From contig OZ316893.1 of the NCBI GenBank assembly GCA_973895155.1, positions 14,972,645 through 15,036,644 on the forward strand: a stretch of DNA of 64,000 nucleotides, given 5' to 3'. Below are positions 63,400 through 64,000 of this stretch, piece after piece. A program made the position numbers and the translations under genes. The stretch is from Marsupella aquatica. Lineage: Eukaryota > Plantae > Marchantiophyta. Position 1 is the stretch's first letter; each line of letters starts with the position of its first letter. The notes below the pieces were generated by a model, which saw only the letters and a program-made list of their open reading frames with translations, ran no database searches and had not been told where the DNA came from.

Positions 63400-64000
63400 T
63401 AAAAAAACACACAGGGAAAGCCCATCTCAACCCAATCTTTGCATTCACAGTGCCTTGATTTCACATCTAGGGCCCATTGTCCTTGGGAATCACACATCAA
63501 TGCAGTCGTGGCTGATGATGGACGCTCATCCACCCCCCCGGCTTTTGTGTATAATGTATTCAACATCCATGTTGCATGTTGAGTCAACCTATTCTCACCT
63601 GCAGGCCAAGCTATAATATATGCACATATGCATAAATTAATTTCATTGCTCACAAGTCTGCGGTCATGCAAGAATAAAATGTAAGTATTGAAAAGTTAAA
63701 AATCTTACTTGCTGCATCGATTGCTCTGTTGTAATGCTTGGTCATTGTGTAGTCCCACAGTTCCTTGCAGATTAGCAATGCAGGCAACTTGCGAATAGGT
63801 TTAATTACTCCATTCAAAATCTCCACTACATTTGAGGTAGTATGACCCCACCTACATACCAACATGAAGAATCATCAAAAACCCATAACCCTGAACATGG
63901 TACAGTTTATAGGAAGCTGGAAATTGTGTTGGTGCTTTACCTTGGTACTGGAAAGGCATGACGTGAGTATAGCTTTGGGTCAATGGCTTGAATATATCTA
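63400..64000 (-). mobile_element. MULE (Mutator-like) transposase remnant running off the window end
   Basis: RWGHTTSNVVEILNGVIKPIRKLP resembles the MuDR-type TxNxxExxN...R.LP segment. ALDVKSRHCECKDWVEMGFPC is a truncated SWIM finger. Confidence 0.75.

Overview
Eukaryotic land-plant nuclear DNA. Gene and intron style and transposon content suggest a bryophyte or liverwort (inference). Five apparently intact protein genes were read by hand: an intronless VQ-motif gene (-), a 13-exon plastid-type RecA (+), a 4-exon GH16 XTH (-), an alpha-carbonic-anhydrase-like gene lacking two of its three Zn ligands (-), and the FACT subunit SSRP1 (+). Transposons lie between them: two 5'-truncated L1-type LINEs with exact TSDs, a 3.85-kb TG...CA element with a 5-bp TSD and a long internal ORF, MITEs, a tRNA-like SINE head and a MULE remnant. 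There is also an inverted intron-containing RecA pseudogene and a decayed di-ubiquitin. The most notable observation is in SSRP1: two tandem paralogous 95-nt exons of identical phase, separated by only 56 nt. This is the architecture expected of mutually exclusive exon splicing, which is rare in plants. All exon boundaries come from splice signals and recalled family consensus; no alignment or expression data were available.
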